From: Pyrodictium delaneyi
Lineage (GTDB): Archaea; Thermoproteota; Thermoprotei_A; Sulfolobales; Pyrodictiaceae
NCBI RefSeq assembly: GCF_001412615.1
Contig: NZ_CP013011.1
Location: forward strand, 660,001-692,000
DNA: 32,000 nucleotides
Direction: 5' to 3'
Under the pieces are notes generated by a model. The model did not search any database. It saw nothing but the letters and a program-made list of their open reading frames with translations, and had not been told where the DNA came from. The position numbers were made by a program, and so were the translations under genes. Below are positions 1 through 12,005 of this stretch, piece by piece (within the stretch, counting starts at the first letter, position 1; each line of letters begins with the position of its first letter).

Positions 1-768
1 CCTCGTCACACGGTAGCTGCCGCGTACCTTCTCGTATTCTCTGGGGTCGGGGAACCGCTCCCGCTGTATACGCGTGACGTAGAGGACGTCGAGCTCACCT
101 AGGACATCCTCTAGCCTCTCGACCTCTTCATAGGCTACGCCGGCCTCCTCTAATCTTGCCTTAACCTCGGGTCTTGCTCTCAGCAGAGGCGGTGATACGA
201 GGTAGAGCTTCCGCGGCCTATACAGCGTGAGGGCGAGTATGAAGCTCGAAGCGGCGCGGCCAAAGCGAAGGTCGCCAAGCACTCCATAGACCAGCCCGTC
301 TATTGTCCCGAAGAGTTCCTTCACTGTATAGAGGTCGAGCATAGCTTGTGTCGGGTGGTGCTGCCGCCCGTCCCCCGCGTTTATGACCGGCTTCTCGGCA
401 ACTTCGGCGGCGTATAGTGCTGAGCCCTCGTAGCGGTGTCGTATCACTATCGCGTCAGCATAGCCGTCGAGCATACGTATAGTGTCGGCAAGATTCTCTC
501 CCTTAGCTAGACTAGTTGCCTCCTCCCCTGCAAATCCTATCGTCTCGGCGCCAAGCCTCTTGGCGGCAGTCTCGAAGCTTAGCCGTGTCCTCGTAGATGG
601 CTCGAAGAATGCGAGCGCGATTATCCGTCCCTCTAGCAGCCGGGGGACACGCCCCTCTGTGAGCATCTTCTTCATCTGCTCAGCTGTCTCGAAGAGCGTC
701 TCGAGATCATCCCGGGTAAAGTCAAGGATGCTTATGACGTCGCGTCCGAGCCAGCCCTTCTGAATCAT
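1..768 (-). CDS. pyrB: Aspartate carbamoyltransferase catalytic subunit (partial; C-terminus lies beyond the window start)
   Basis: Not in the ORF track because it is open-ended. My reverse-complement translation from ATG at 768 reads [27 protein letters not shown]...[25 protein letters not shown]...[13 protein letters not shown]. It carries the STRTR and HPTQ ATCase signatures. The frame is open to position 1. Confidence 0.9.
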   Translation of the reverse strand, partial: MIQKGWLGRDVISILDFTRDDLETLFETAEQMKKMLTEGRVPRLLEGRIIALAFFEPSTRTRLSFETAAKRLGAETIGFAGEEATSLAKGENLADTIRMLDGYADAIVIRHRYEGSALYAAEVAEKPVINAGDGRQHHPTQAMLDLYTVKELFGTIDGLVYGVLGDLRFGRAASSFILALTLYRPRKLYLVSPPLLRARPEVKARLEEAGVAYEEVERLEDVLGELDVLYVTRIQRERFPDPREYEKVRGSYRVTR

Positions 769-775
769 AGCTATC

Positions 776-1378
776 TCAGCCCCATTCTCCCCCATATAGC
801 TGGTCTATAACCTTCTGGGCGTCCTCCCGGGCTACAAGTCCCTCCTCTACAGCAGCGCGGAGTATGCCGCGGAGTGTTGCTACGCGTAGAAGCTCCACGC
901 CCATAGCTTGTAGCCGCTCGCGTGCGCCTTGCTCCCGGTCCACTATGACTAGCGCGTAGCGCGGCTGTGCTCCGGCACTGCGTAGAGCCTCTACCGCAGC
1001 TGCTAGGCTGCCTCCAGTGGTAGCTACATCGTCAACTACAAGCACTCTCTTTTCCTCGACCAATCCCTCTACCTGTCTACCAAGGCCGTGCTGCTTCCTT
1101 CCACTCCGCACATAGGCCATTGGCTTCCCCGAGTAGAGAGCTAGCCCCGTGGCCCACACTATGCCGGCAGTGGCGACGCCGACAACGACATCGTGGTCGG
1201 CTTCTAGGGATGTAGTGTAAAGGAGTGCTAGCACTGTACGGAACGCGTCCGGGTAACTTGGCAGCCTCCGAAGGTCAATGTATATGGGGCTCTGGAGCCC
1301 GCTTGTAAGCTTGAACTCGCCTAGCTGCAGAGCCCCCGTCTTGACGAGCAATCGGGCTAGAACCTTCTCGGCCTCCAT
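776..1378 (-). CDS. pyrE: Orotate phosphoribosyltransferase
   Basis: PRPP-binding motif [13 protein letters not shown]. The longest ORF reaches 1426 but would overlap pyrF. The MEAEKV start at 1378 leaves a 4-nt gap after the pyrF stop and sits 7 nt upstream of the pyrB start. Confidence 0.85.
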   Translation of the reverse strand: MEAEKVLARLLVKTGALQLGEFKLTSGLQSPIYIDLRRLPSYPDAFRTVLALLYTTSLEADHDVVVGVATAGIVWATGLALYSGKPMAYVRSGRKQHGLGRQVEGLVEEKRVLVVDDVATTGGSLAAAVEALRSAGAQPRYALVIVDREQGARERLQAMGVELLRVATLRGILRAAVEEGLVAREDAQKVIDQLYGGEWG

Positions 1379-1382
1379 GCCC

Positions 1383-2066
1383 CTAGGCACCCCTCTTGCA
1401 GGCCTGGAGTCTCTGCTTCTGTGCATCCTTGACAGCCAGTGCAGCTGCGCGAGGGTCGTTACTCGAGGTTATGAGGCGCCCTACTATCTCGTAGTCAGCC
1501 CCGGCGCAGATGGCAGCTCCAGGCTCTGCTCCCTGGGCTCCCACGCCCGGCGAGAGTATAGTGACGCTGTCTCCAAGCCTCTCGCGTATACTCGTTATGA
1601 CCTGGGGTCTCGTGGCTGGGGCTACGATGCCCCAGGGCTCGAGCTCTCCAATCACGTTGAGGATTAGTGGTAGCGCTTTGTCGTAGACCTCGCGTGCACC
1701 GGGGTGACTCATAGAGGCCACAACGACTAGCTTCTTGCCGAGACTGTTGAGGAACTCTTTTAGCTCGCCGAGCGCGCCTTGTATACCTACAAACCCGTGA
1801 GCTATGACAGCGTCGACGTGCTCTACTACCAGGCTTGTAGTAAGCTTCATCACGTGGCCTATGTCGGCCAGCTTTAGATCAGCTATCCATAAACCTCTGT
1901 TGCACCGACTCCTCAGCCTAGCAGCATAATCTACGCCACGGCCCATAAGGAGCGGGAGGCCAAGTTTAAACCCGTCAACAATGTCACAGAGATCTTCGAC
2001 GAGGCTGCCGAACTCCCGGTCTGGAGAGTCCAGAGCGACTATCAGGCTCATAGGAGTACTGCCCAC
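1383..2066 (-). CDS. pyrF: Orotidine 5'-phosphate decarboxylase
   Basis: N-terminal MSLIVALD strand and DLKLADIG (DxKxxD) catalytic motif. Lies in the pyr operon. An alternative start is the MSLIVALD Met at 2051. Confidence 0.8.
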   Translation of the reverse strand: MGSTPMSLIVALDSPDREFGSLVEDLCDIVDGFKLGLPLLMGRGVDYAARLRSRCNRGLWIADLKLADIGHVMKLTTSLVVEHVDAVIAHGFVGIQGALGELKEFLNSLGKKLVVVASMSHPGAREVYDKALPLILNVIGELEPWGIVAPATRPQVITSIRERLGDSVTILSPGVGAQGAEPGAAICAGADYEIVGRLITSSNDPRAAALAVKDAQKQRLQACKRGA

Positions 2067-2164
2067 GGCTACCCTGGCTCCGGGCCAGGCCTAAAATAGG
2101 TCATTATGAGACATAGGATTCCCAGCAGCTAGGAGCCACCGGGCCTCGCAGAGAGGGAGAATCT

Positions 2165-4805
<2,641 letters not shown>

Positions 4806-4898
4806 CAGAACTACGTGATCTCGCCAGACAAATTTTTACCATGACCTCCCGGCTCTTTACATAATGGCTACGCGCTGCTCAGAGGTGTACTAGTCTTC

Positions 4899-5336
4899 AT
4901 GCAGGGTCAGCAGAAGCCGAACATAGACGAGATAGATTTGAAGCTGCTCCGTCTTCTCCGCGACAATGCGCGTATGTCCTACGCTAGGCTTGCCCAGGAG
5001 CTTGGCCTCAGCGAGTCAGCTGTACGCAAGAGAATAGCGAAGCTGATAAAGACTGGCGTCATAAAGAAGTTCACGATAATATACGATACTGGTAGCGAGA
5101 TACGTGCCTTCATACTTGTTCGGACACAGCCCCCCGTATCGGTGCCGGAAGTCTCAAAGAAGATACTCTCTCTCGACCTGGTTGAGGCAGTATACGAGGT
5201 CACAGGAGACTATGACATACTCGTGGTTATACGCGGCGAGAAAATAGACGATGTAAACCGTTGTATAGACTTCATAAGATCTATACCCGGTGTCTCAGGA
5301 ACCAATTCTATGATAGTACTTCGCCAGTGGGTCTGA
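4899..5336 (+). CDS. Lrp/AsnC family transcriptional regulator
   Basis: IDLKLLRLLRDNARMSYARLAQELGLSESAVRKRIAKL HTH followed by a RAM-like C-terminal domain. Confidence 0.85.
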   Translation: MQGQQKPNIDEIDLKLLRLLRDNARMSYARLAQELGLSESAVRKRIAKLIKTGVIKKFTIIYDTGSEIRAFILVRTQPPVSVPEVSKKILSLDLVEAVYEVTGDYDILVVIRGEKIDDVNRCIDFIRSIPGVSGTNSMIVLRQWV

Positions 5337-5533
5337 AGTGACAACCGCTGCAGGGAAATATAAGCTGAATCTGTACCCGTGTAGGAGCTTAACACCCTTA
5401 ACTCCCCCATAACACAGTAGTCTAGACAGAAGCATGCTAAGACGCGTCTGGATACCCCTGACCCTTTCGTACCAATCATTAACCACAGTAAGTGGCCAAG
5501 TATACTGCCCCGCCGTCCTCGTAGCCCGGGGCT

Positions 5534-5917
5534 GTGTTAAGGGGCGGTGATAGAGTCGTGAACGGCAATAACCTAGCTCGTAGATACTGGCTGCTTGCCC
5601 GTCCAGGAATCCTACGTATACTGGCAATACTTTATGAACATGGCCCTATGCCCATACACAGGATACCACGCTACGGCATGGGTGTAGGAACTACCTATCG
5701 TAGTGCGCGGGAAGCGGCCATGCTAGGCCTCATAAATCTCTTCTACTGCGGAAATAGTAAATGCGCAAAGTTAACTGAGCAAGGTCTACGTGTAGCCGAG
5801 AAAATAGAGGAACTTCTACGTGTACTCGAGGAGCTTAACCTCGTAGAGCCGCTCCCCTCAGCACCAAAAGCTGAGAGCGGTAAAGAGATCGGAAGTTTTG
5901 AGGAAACGATCTCGTAG
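5534..5917 (+). CDS. Hypothetical protein, possible winged-helix DNA-binding protein
   Basis: GTG-start ORF. The ILRILAILYEHGPMPIHRI segment resembles ArsR/MarR-type wHTH. No catalytic motifs seen and the start is uncertain. Confidence 0.35.
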   Translation: MLRGGDRVVNGNNLARRYWLLARPGILRILAILYEHGPMPIHRIPRYGMGVGTTYRSAREAAMLGLINLFYCGNSKCAKLTEQGLRVAEKIEELLRVLEELNLVEPLPSAPKAESGKEIGSFEETIS

Positions 5918-6053
5918 GTCTCATTGGCGTCGATTTCGACCATGACAAGTTAAGTGCAGGAAAGATGATTAACGCTTAACAGATGATCCCATAAATCTAA
6001 CCTGTGGGGGCCGCTGAGGAGCTGTCGCCCACACCGACACGAATGTGAGGATG

Positions 6054-6545
6054 TCAGCCTGGCCCTGAGGCCTCCCTGTTCGCAGACTCCTCTTCTCTAC
6101 AGAACGCGTAGACTACAACTTCATAGACCCTCGTGTTGCCGCCCAATAGTTTCTCAAGCTTGCGGACTATCTCCACAGAGTCTTCGTTGTCCTCTGCATC
6201 GAATACCTTACCAGTATCAAGACATACAACATTAACATGTGGATGAGCATTATCGTACCTGGTTTCGCCTGCAACATCAAAGCTCTTTATAAGGCCTAGC
6301 CTCTCAAGTAGCTGGAGATTGTTATAAACGGTGCTTGGGCTTACGCTGGGCATGGTTTCACGTACCTTTTCAAGTATTTGCATGAAGCTTGGGTGTTCCT
6401 TGATATTCTCGAATACAATACGTGCTATCGTTAGCCTCTGGGCTGTGACTCGCAAGCCTTGCTTACGTAGTTCTGTTACAAGCCTAACTAGCTTCTCTTC
6501 AACTTGTTGCTCATTGGGCGTCGTATTGCTTACCCTGTCCATCAC
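6054..6545 (-). CDS. Fur family metal-uptake transcriptional regulator
   Basis: LRVTAQRLTIARIVFE...PSVSPSTVYNNLQLLERLGLI matches the Fur wHTH pattern. His/Cys-containing C-terminal half. Confidence 0.75.
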   Translation of the reverse strand: MMDRVSNTTPNEQQVEEKLVRLVTELRKQGLRVTAQRLTIARIVFENIKEHPSFMQILEKVRETMPSVSPSTVYNNLQLLERLGLIKSFDVAGETRYDNAHPHVNVVCLDTGKVFDAEDNEDSVEIVRKLEKLLGGNTRVYEVVVYAFCREEESANREASGPG

Positions 6546-6894
6546 TGTTTATCACCATCTACCGTAACTACTTCGAATTAAGAGTCAATTCAACCTAATA
6601 TATGTTTAGTCACGTGGAGTCAAGAGATACAGTGTACTCTCGTGTGATGGGGCCTCGGCTAAAGGAATTAACATCATCGCTATATGGCTCTTGCTGGGGA
6701 GTATTCCTCATTGACCCCCCAAAGGGCGTTGATTAGCTAGAACCCCTAAAACATGCCGCTAAGCACTGAGGCAAAGCAGTATAGAAAATGTATTGTACTA
6801 AAACCAAATACTCTAGATACATCTATGCGTAATACCCATTACACTTATCAAGCGTTAGAAAGCTTAATTAACATAAAGATGTTTTTGGTATTAA

Positions 6895-7761
6895 TTACTT
6901 CTTTAGACCAGCGATGAACTTGAGTACATCAGTTCTCGTTATCATGCCTACTACGTTGTTTGCGGAATCTACAACGACAAGCCTGCCTATATCGTGTTTG
7001 TTCATGAGTTCTATAGCGTGGTTGATGTCATCGGTTTCCCTGATGGTTATCACAGGAGTGGACATGTAGTCTCTGACGGTAGCGTCTACTCTGCCTTCTG
7101 CCAGAGCACGTGTAAGATCTGTCTGAGTTATTATCCCGACAAGACGTCCATCCTCTACAACAGGTACACCGCGAATCCTCTTCTCGGAGAGTAATTTGGC
7201 TAGTTCTGTTATAGGAGTATCAGGTGTGGTTGTTATCGGGTTGCGTGATGCAGCCTCCATCACGGGAGCCTTGGGCACGCTTATCATACGGGTTATCTTG
7301 ATGCTTATCTGGCCACTTGCTGGGTCTATATGTATAACGTCACCCTCTATCCTAACGCCGGCGAATGGTGCAGGCCCAATCTCTATATGGTCGCCAGGCC
7401 GGACATACCTTCTTACATCGCCATGGACTCGAAGGATTGCTCTACCGCCCTCCGGGTTCAGTATATCGAGAACCTCTATGCCGACAACCGTTATGTCTAG
7501 CTCCTCGCCGTCTTTGCGGAGCTTAACAGGCATTTGTGTGACAGCTCCCTTCATGACTTCATACGCCTTGAGTGTTGGCATATAACCTCCGCTAGGCCCG
7601 GTCTTGGACTCTACAAGGCCTAGGCTCTTGAGGCTAAGGATGATGTTACGTACAGTTCCCTCATCACGGTTTATAAGCTCAGCTATCTCCTTGCTCTTTA
7701 TGAGGCGACGCTTCTGTTCGTAAAGCCTGATGAGCGCCTCTAGTACCTCGCGTTGCGACAT
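6895..7761 (-). CDS. Transcriptional regulator with N-terminal wHTH and C-terminal CBS pair
   Basis: N-terminus MSQREVLEALIRLYEQKRRLIKSKEIAELINRDEGTVRNIILSLKSLGLV. Two CBS repeats at the C-terminus (RGVPVVEDGRLVGIITQTDL, IGRLVVVDSANNVVGMITRTDV). The longest ORF extends to 7818. Confidence 0.7.
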   Translation of the reverse strand: MSQREVLEALIRLYEQKRRLIKSKEIAELINRDEGTVRNIILSLKSLGLVESKTGPSGGYMPTLKAYEVMKGAVTQMPVKLRKDGEELDITVVGIEVLDILNPEGGRAILRVHGDVRRYVRPGDHIEIGPAPFAGVRIEGDVIHIDPASGQISIKITRMISVPKAPVMEAASRNPITTTPDTPITELAKLLSEKRIRGVPVVEDGRLVGIITQTDLTRALAEGRVDATVRDYMSTPVITIRETDDINHAIELMNKHDIGRLVVVDSANNVVGMITRTDVLKFIAGLKK

Positions 7762-7948
7762 AGTAAGCCTATACTGGGCCACCCCTAACCCCCTCTCACA
7801 CTGTAGACTTACATGCATCCAGCAATATTAATTGCTTTTTATAGGGTAGAATGTGTCTTAACCTCATTATAGTGTTATTCCGGCAACAGCTATCGCAGAT
7901 ATAAAACTAATATTTCTCTCTCCCGAAATATTACGTGAATAATACCGG

Positions 7949-9334
7949 CTACCTTGTTGTTGTGGATGTAGTGTCAGAAGAGTCCTCGAGAGGTTTGACC
8001 AAGAGAATGGACCCCTCTTTGCCGATAACCAGCACGCTGTCTCCACGACTAAGGGGTTTATCTCCAACATTTCGTGCTCTCCAGTATTCTCCTTCAACCA
8101 TTACAAAGCCATCCTTACCGGGCGGTATATAGTCTAGACTGTGTCCCTTTTTGCCTGTCATTGAAGGTTTGTAGACGGGTTCCCGGTGCCATACTTGTAC
8201 AGCCTTATACACTACAACAGCCATTAGTCCCGCTAGAGGTAGCAATACTGCTAGAAGAATATAGAAGGCGGTTTGTAGGCTCTCGCTGACCAGATATACT
8301 GGCTTGCCTGTAAACATTACGAAAAGACCTATTAGCATCAACGCAATACCTGTAAAGCCTACAACACCGAAGCCCGGTATGGCTGCTAGCTCTATTATCA
8401 ACAATACTAGCCCGGCTACGAACAGTACAACTGACACTAAGCTAGCGCTCAGCCCGAGGCCGAAAAGCCCTAGCAGCATAAGCGCTATACCTACAACGAT
8501 GAGTACGGGATGTCCAGACGCTAAGGCAGCTAAGATGGTTAGCATGGCTATGCTAGATATTATAGAGCTAACCAGTGGATCGGAGAGTATATGTGCCAGC
8601 AAGAGGCCTGGCGGCATATCGTAGTACTCTATCTCCGGGTCTAAAAAGAGGAGACGAACCGGCCCAGCCCCGGTGTTTACGATCGTGCCGTTACTTTCGG
8701 TCAATACTTCCCAAACATTGTGTGCGATGGCTTCTACTACATGCATTTGCTGGGCTTCCTGTGCGTCGAGTACTAGGTTCTGGTAGACGAAGAGCCTGGC
8801 AACCGTAGCGTTGCGGTTATGAAGCTTCATACATGCCTCGATCTTCTTATAGACAGGGTTTAGCACCTTAGACTCATTGATAGGGGTGTATTCGCCGGAA
8901 GGGCCTAGTGCTACAGGCTGTACAGCACCAATAATAGTACCGGGCTCCATTACGGCATAATGGCTGCACATGAGTATCATTGTGCCCGCGCTTACTGCCC
9001 ACTTCCCGGTGACAAAGCCTATGACTGGTATATGCGAGTTCTCTATCATCGTGGCTATGTCTAACGCGGCCTCAAGGCTTCCACCAGGGGTATCCAGCTC
9101 GATTACCAGCGCGTCTGCTCCAACCTTCTCTGCATAGTCTAGGCTACGCTCTACATAGTCGCGGGTTGCTCCATCAATTACGCCCTTAACTTTGATTACT
9201 ATGACTAAGCTCTTCTGCTCGGCAGCGACTGGGCTAGCTACTAGCATCACTAGCAATAATGCTAGTAGAGCTAGAAAAGGGGCATAGGAGGCGAGACGCC
9301 TGGCAACCTTCATGGCTTTTATGCTCCCATCCAC
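7949..9334 (-). CDS. Membrane-bound ClpP-class serine protease, NfeD family (long form)
   Basis: Signal/TM segment, ELDTPGGS protease motif, a block of about 5 TM helices, and a C-terminal OB-like NfeD tail (GEYWRARNVGDKPLSRGDSVLVIG). Confidence 0.75.
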   Translation of the reverse strand: MDGSIKAMKVARRLASYAPFLALLALLLVMLVASPVAAEQKSLVIVIKVKGVIDGATRDYVERSLDYAEKVGADALVIELDTPGGSLEAALDIATMIENSHIPVIGFVTGKWAVSAGTMILMCSHYAVMEPGTIIGAVQPVALGPSGEYTPINESKVLNPVYKKIEACMKLHNRNATVARLFVYQNLVLDAQEAQQMHVVEAIAHNVWEVLTESNGTIVNTGAGPVRLLFLDPEIEYYDMPPGLLLAHILSDPLVSSIISSIAMLTILAALASGHPVLIVVGIALMLLGLFGLGLSASLVSVVLFVAGLVLLIIELAAIPGFGVVGFTGIALMLIGLFVMFTGKPVYLVSESLQTAFYILLAVLLPLAGLMAVVVYKAVQVWHREPVYKPSMTGKKGHSLDYIPPGKDGFVMVEGEYWRARNVGDKPLSRGDSVLVIGKEGSILLVKPLEDSSDTTSTTTR

Positions 9335-9410
9335 TTACGAGATAGCATTGGTATAGAGGTATTAGAGGTCTTATGGTGTTTTGTACTCGTAGAGGGGGGC
9401 TCAATACCTC

Positions 9411-9680
9411 TTACGGTCTTTTTGCTCTGTTATAGCCTTCCCGAACTTCGCGTAGGAACCCCCGGAGAAGTGTATAGAGCAAAGCCAGTATAGCTATGAG
9501 CACTAGGATCTTCATGAGGAACACTATTACGGTTACAGCTAGTTTTGCGACCATATACACTATGGGGAGTATAACGCCGCCAGCGAAAGCGTAAATGACG
9601 GCTTCGCGTAGGCTCTTCTTCTGTGTAAGCGCGTAGATGAAACCTATGACTACACCTGCGGCAGCTACTATCTCTATCAC
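9411..9680 (-). CDS. Small integral membrane protein (hypothetical)
   Basis: 89 aa, three hydrophobic helices, basic C-terminus. No family recognised. Confidence 0.45.
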   Translation of the reverse strand: MIEIVAAAGVVIGFIYALTQKKSLREAVIYAFAGGVILPIVYMVAKLAVTVIVFLMKILVLIAILALLYTLLRGFLREVREGYNRAKRP

Positions 9681-9876
9681 GTCCTCTTTGCCACCCCAGA
9701 ATATGACCAGACTATAGGAAGGGTAAAACTATGGCGCTGGCAATAATGATGGGAGTAGTTCAAGAGGATTTTACGGTAGAATTGGTGAGGAGTAAATTGT
9801 CTCTTCATTAAACTTTCGTGGCTCAAAAAGACTGGGCCATTGGGAGGGGTTATGGATGGCAAGGAGGGCATCTTGC

Positions 9877-10080
9877 CTAGATTGTTACACGGCGTGGCTC
9901 CCTTCTCGGAGTCAGCTCGAAACCAGTAGGATGCTCTGGTATACCCCACAGTTCTCGTTTCAGGAGTTCACGGACAGCTATTCTTATGGCCTCACTACGG
10001 CTGCTATACCTACCCATCTTCACGAGCTCGTCGAGACCCTCAAGGTATGTTTCAGGCATCTTGACTGTTACGAGTCGCAT
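9877..10080 (-). CDS. Ribbon-helix-helix (CopG/Arc-MetJ family) DNA-binding protein
   Basis: MRLVTVKMPETYLEGLDELVKMGRYSSRSEAIRIAVRELL is a canonical beta-strand plus two-helix RHH pattern. Confidence 0.7.
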   Translation of the reverse strand: MRLVTVKMPETYLEGLDELVKMGRYSSRSEAIRIAVRELLKRELWGIPEHPTGFELTPRREPRRVTI

Positions 10081-10228
10081 CTCTGAGGCTCACCGGAGAG
10101 TAGCATTATGGTGTGTAGAGGGTAAGGTTTAAACCCAGGGGAGCTGTGTTACTGCTTCCACTGCTTCCTATGCAGCCTATAGAGACCTTGAAGTGTGGAG
10201 GAAGGGCCTCTGTACAGTTCATCTTGAT

Positions 10229-10621
10229 TTAAACGTTCTCGGGGAAGAATGGCGGTTTTTCTGCCAAGTCTATTATCGGTATTGCTATCCAGCCGGGTCT
10301 GGTACTCCGTGAGACCTCGATGTGTTCGCCTTGATCATCAACCTTTACAAGCAAGTAATTCCCATCACCTAAACTACCATCACCATCGATATAATAGTAG
10401 AGCATTGGCAATCCATAGAGTTTGTAGTAGTCCCGTAGCACAGCTATGATTCCATAAACCTTGCCGCCATTCTTGCCAGGGAATCTCACTAGGTATGCTG
10501 GCTGTCCTAGAGTTACGATGCTAGCAGCTATCCTAGCCAGGTCTCTCAAGGCAGAGACTCTTACCGGTACGAGCCTCTCTCCCTGCCTGTCATCGGGCAA
10601 GGGTTCCGGGCCCCCAGGCAA
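10229..10621 (-). CDS. Hypothetical protein
   Basis: 130-aa ORF with protein-like composition. No motif recognised. Confidence 0.4.
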   Translation of the reverse strand: MPGGPEPLPDDRQGERLVPVRVSALRDLARIAASIVTLGQPAYLVRFPGKNGGKVYGIIAVLRDYYKLYGLPMLYYYIDGDGSLGDGNYLLVKVDDQGEHIEVSRSTRPGWIAIPIIDLAEKPPFFPENV

Positions 10622-10753
10622 AGCCGCAAGTGTGGCGATAATAAGCGCTAGGCCTCCTCAGCGGCCTAGATAACTCCTCATCAGTACATTACCCCCAGGC
10701 GCCTAAGGGCGAGTATGGGAGTCTAGAAGCTCGGGAGGGGTGTCTAGAGCCAG

Positions 10754-11548
10754 ATGTTCTTCGTAGTCGTTGTCGGGCCGGCAGGTAGCGGTAAGTCACA
10801 TCTCGTTGATGCCTTTGGCGATTGGCTTGAAGCTAACGAGCTAGGCGTCGCCCGGGTGAACCTAGACCCGGCGGCGGAGTGGCTTCCTTACGAGCCTGAT
10901 GTTGATGTGCGTGAATACGTGGATGCAAGGGCTGTTATGAAGAAACACCGACTCGGGCCCAACGGCGCTCTGGTAGCATCTATAGACATGCTCATAGACT
11001 ATGTAGATGAAATACGTTCTGACATAGAAGCCGCTCAAGCAAACTACATTCTCATTGACACACCCGGCCAAATGGAGCTCTTTGCCTTCCGTGACACCGG
11101 ACCCTATGTGGTACGAGAGATAATCAAAGATAGTCGGGCAGCCACGCTCTTCATATTTGATGCAGTCTTTGCATCGAACCCCAGAAGCCTAGCTTCTAGC
11201 CTCTTCCTCGCTCTTTCTACCCGGATTAGGCTAGGGCTCCCACAGGTAAATGCGGTGTCCAAAGCCGATCTATTACAACCCGAGCAGATGGACGAGATAG
11301 AGGAACAAATTAACAGTCCAGAGAACCTTTACAACGCGCTTGTGGCCAGAGGAATGGACCCATTGATGGCCGAGGCTGCCGCTAAGACTCTCGAGGCTCT
11401 TGCCCCCGAGGGCTCTACAACCCCAGCTGCTATCAGATTTGTATCAGCGCTCTCTGGATATGGATTAGACGATGTCTATGCAGCGCTACAGCAAGTACTA
11501 GCCGGCGGTGAAGACTTCTACACAGAAGAGCCTAGTCCTCGCCACTAG
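10754..11548 (+). CDS. GPN-loop GTPase
   Basis: P-loop GPAGSGKS, the eponymous LGPNGA loop, and DTPGQMELF switch II. Confidence 0.85.
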   Translation: MFFVVVVGPAGSGKSHLVDAFGDWLEANELGVARVNLDPAAEWLPYEPDVDVREYVDARAVMKKHRLGPNGALVASIDMLIDYVDEIRSDIEAAQANYILIDTPGQMELFAFRDTGPYVVREIIKDSRAATLFIFDAVFASNPRSLASSLFLALSTRIRLGLPQVNAVSKADLLQPEQMDEIEEQINSPENLYNALVARGMDPLMAEAAAKTLEALAPEGSTTPAAIRFVSALSGYGLDDVYAALQQVLAGGEDFYTEEPSPRH

Positions 11549-12005
11549 ACAACTGTGGAGGATGTAGCTCGGCCTTATCGGCATCAATTATGTGGACCAC
11601 CTGGTATCCCATGTAAACCAGTGTGTTGGCTATGAAACGGCGGTGGCATCGCCTCCAGTACCTCTCTCTACACATAATAGCGACAGGGCCGGACGTTGAC
11701 TCTATAATATTTATGAGTTTATTTATCCCTCTTTGGTAATCCTCGGTAGCCATATAGGCTTCGTAACCGCCTGGACGGAACCCTCCCAGTAGATCCCCGA
11801 GCCATGTATACCCTATCCCGCGGCTAAGTAGAGTCTCCCTAAGAACCTCCTTGTTGAACCAGGGGACCCGTCGGCTTCCAGGAAACCTTCTAACATCTAC
11901 TACGTGAACAATATGATAAAGCTTGAGCAGCGACATGAACTCTCCTATTGTCCGGTTACTATGACCGAGCGTGTATACTAGCCTTAGCCCCCGTCTTCGA
12001 GACAC
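11532..12005 (-). CDS. DUF488 family protein
   Basis: LVYTLGHSNRTIGEFMSLL...VVDVRRFPGSRR and C-terminal ERYWRRCHRRFIA match the DUF488 pattern as I recall it. Confidence 0.65.
   Translation of the reverse strand: MSRRRGLRLVYTLGHSNRTIGEFMSLLKLYHIVHVVDVRRFPGSRRVPWFNKEVLRETLLSRGIGYTWLGDLLGGFRPGGYEAYMATEDYQRGINKLINIIESTSGPVAIMCRERYWRRCHRRFIANTLVYMGYQVVHIIDADKAELHPPQLSSGED

Noticed and set aside
482-763. 93-aa plus-strand ORF at the window start
   Set aside because: It lies antisense to a clear aspartate carbamoyltransferase reading frame and its sequence is Ser/Arg-rich and not protein-like.
5961-6020. C/D-box sRNA candidate (AGATGATT ... AGATGATC ... CTGA)
   Set aside because: Neither box matches RUGAUGA (both read GATGAT rather than TGATGA). 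There are no terminal complementary stems and the spacing is atypical.
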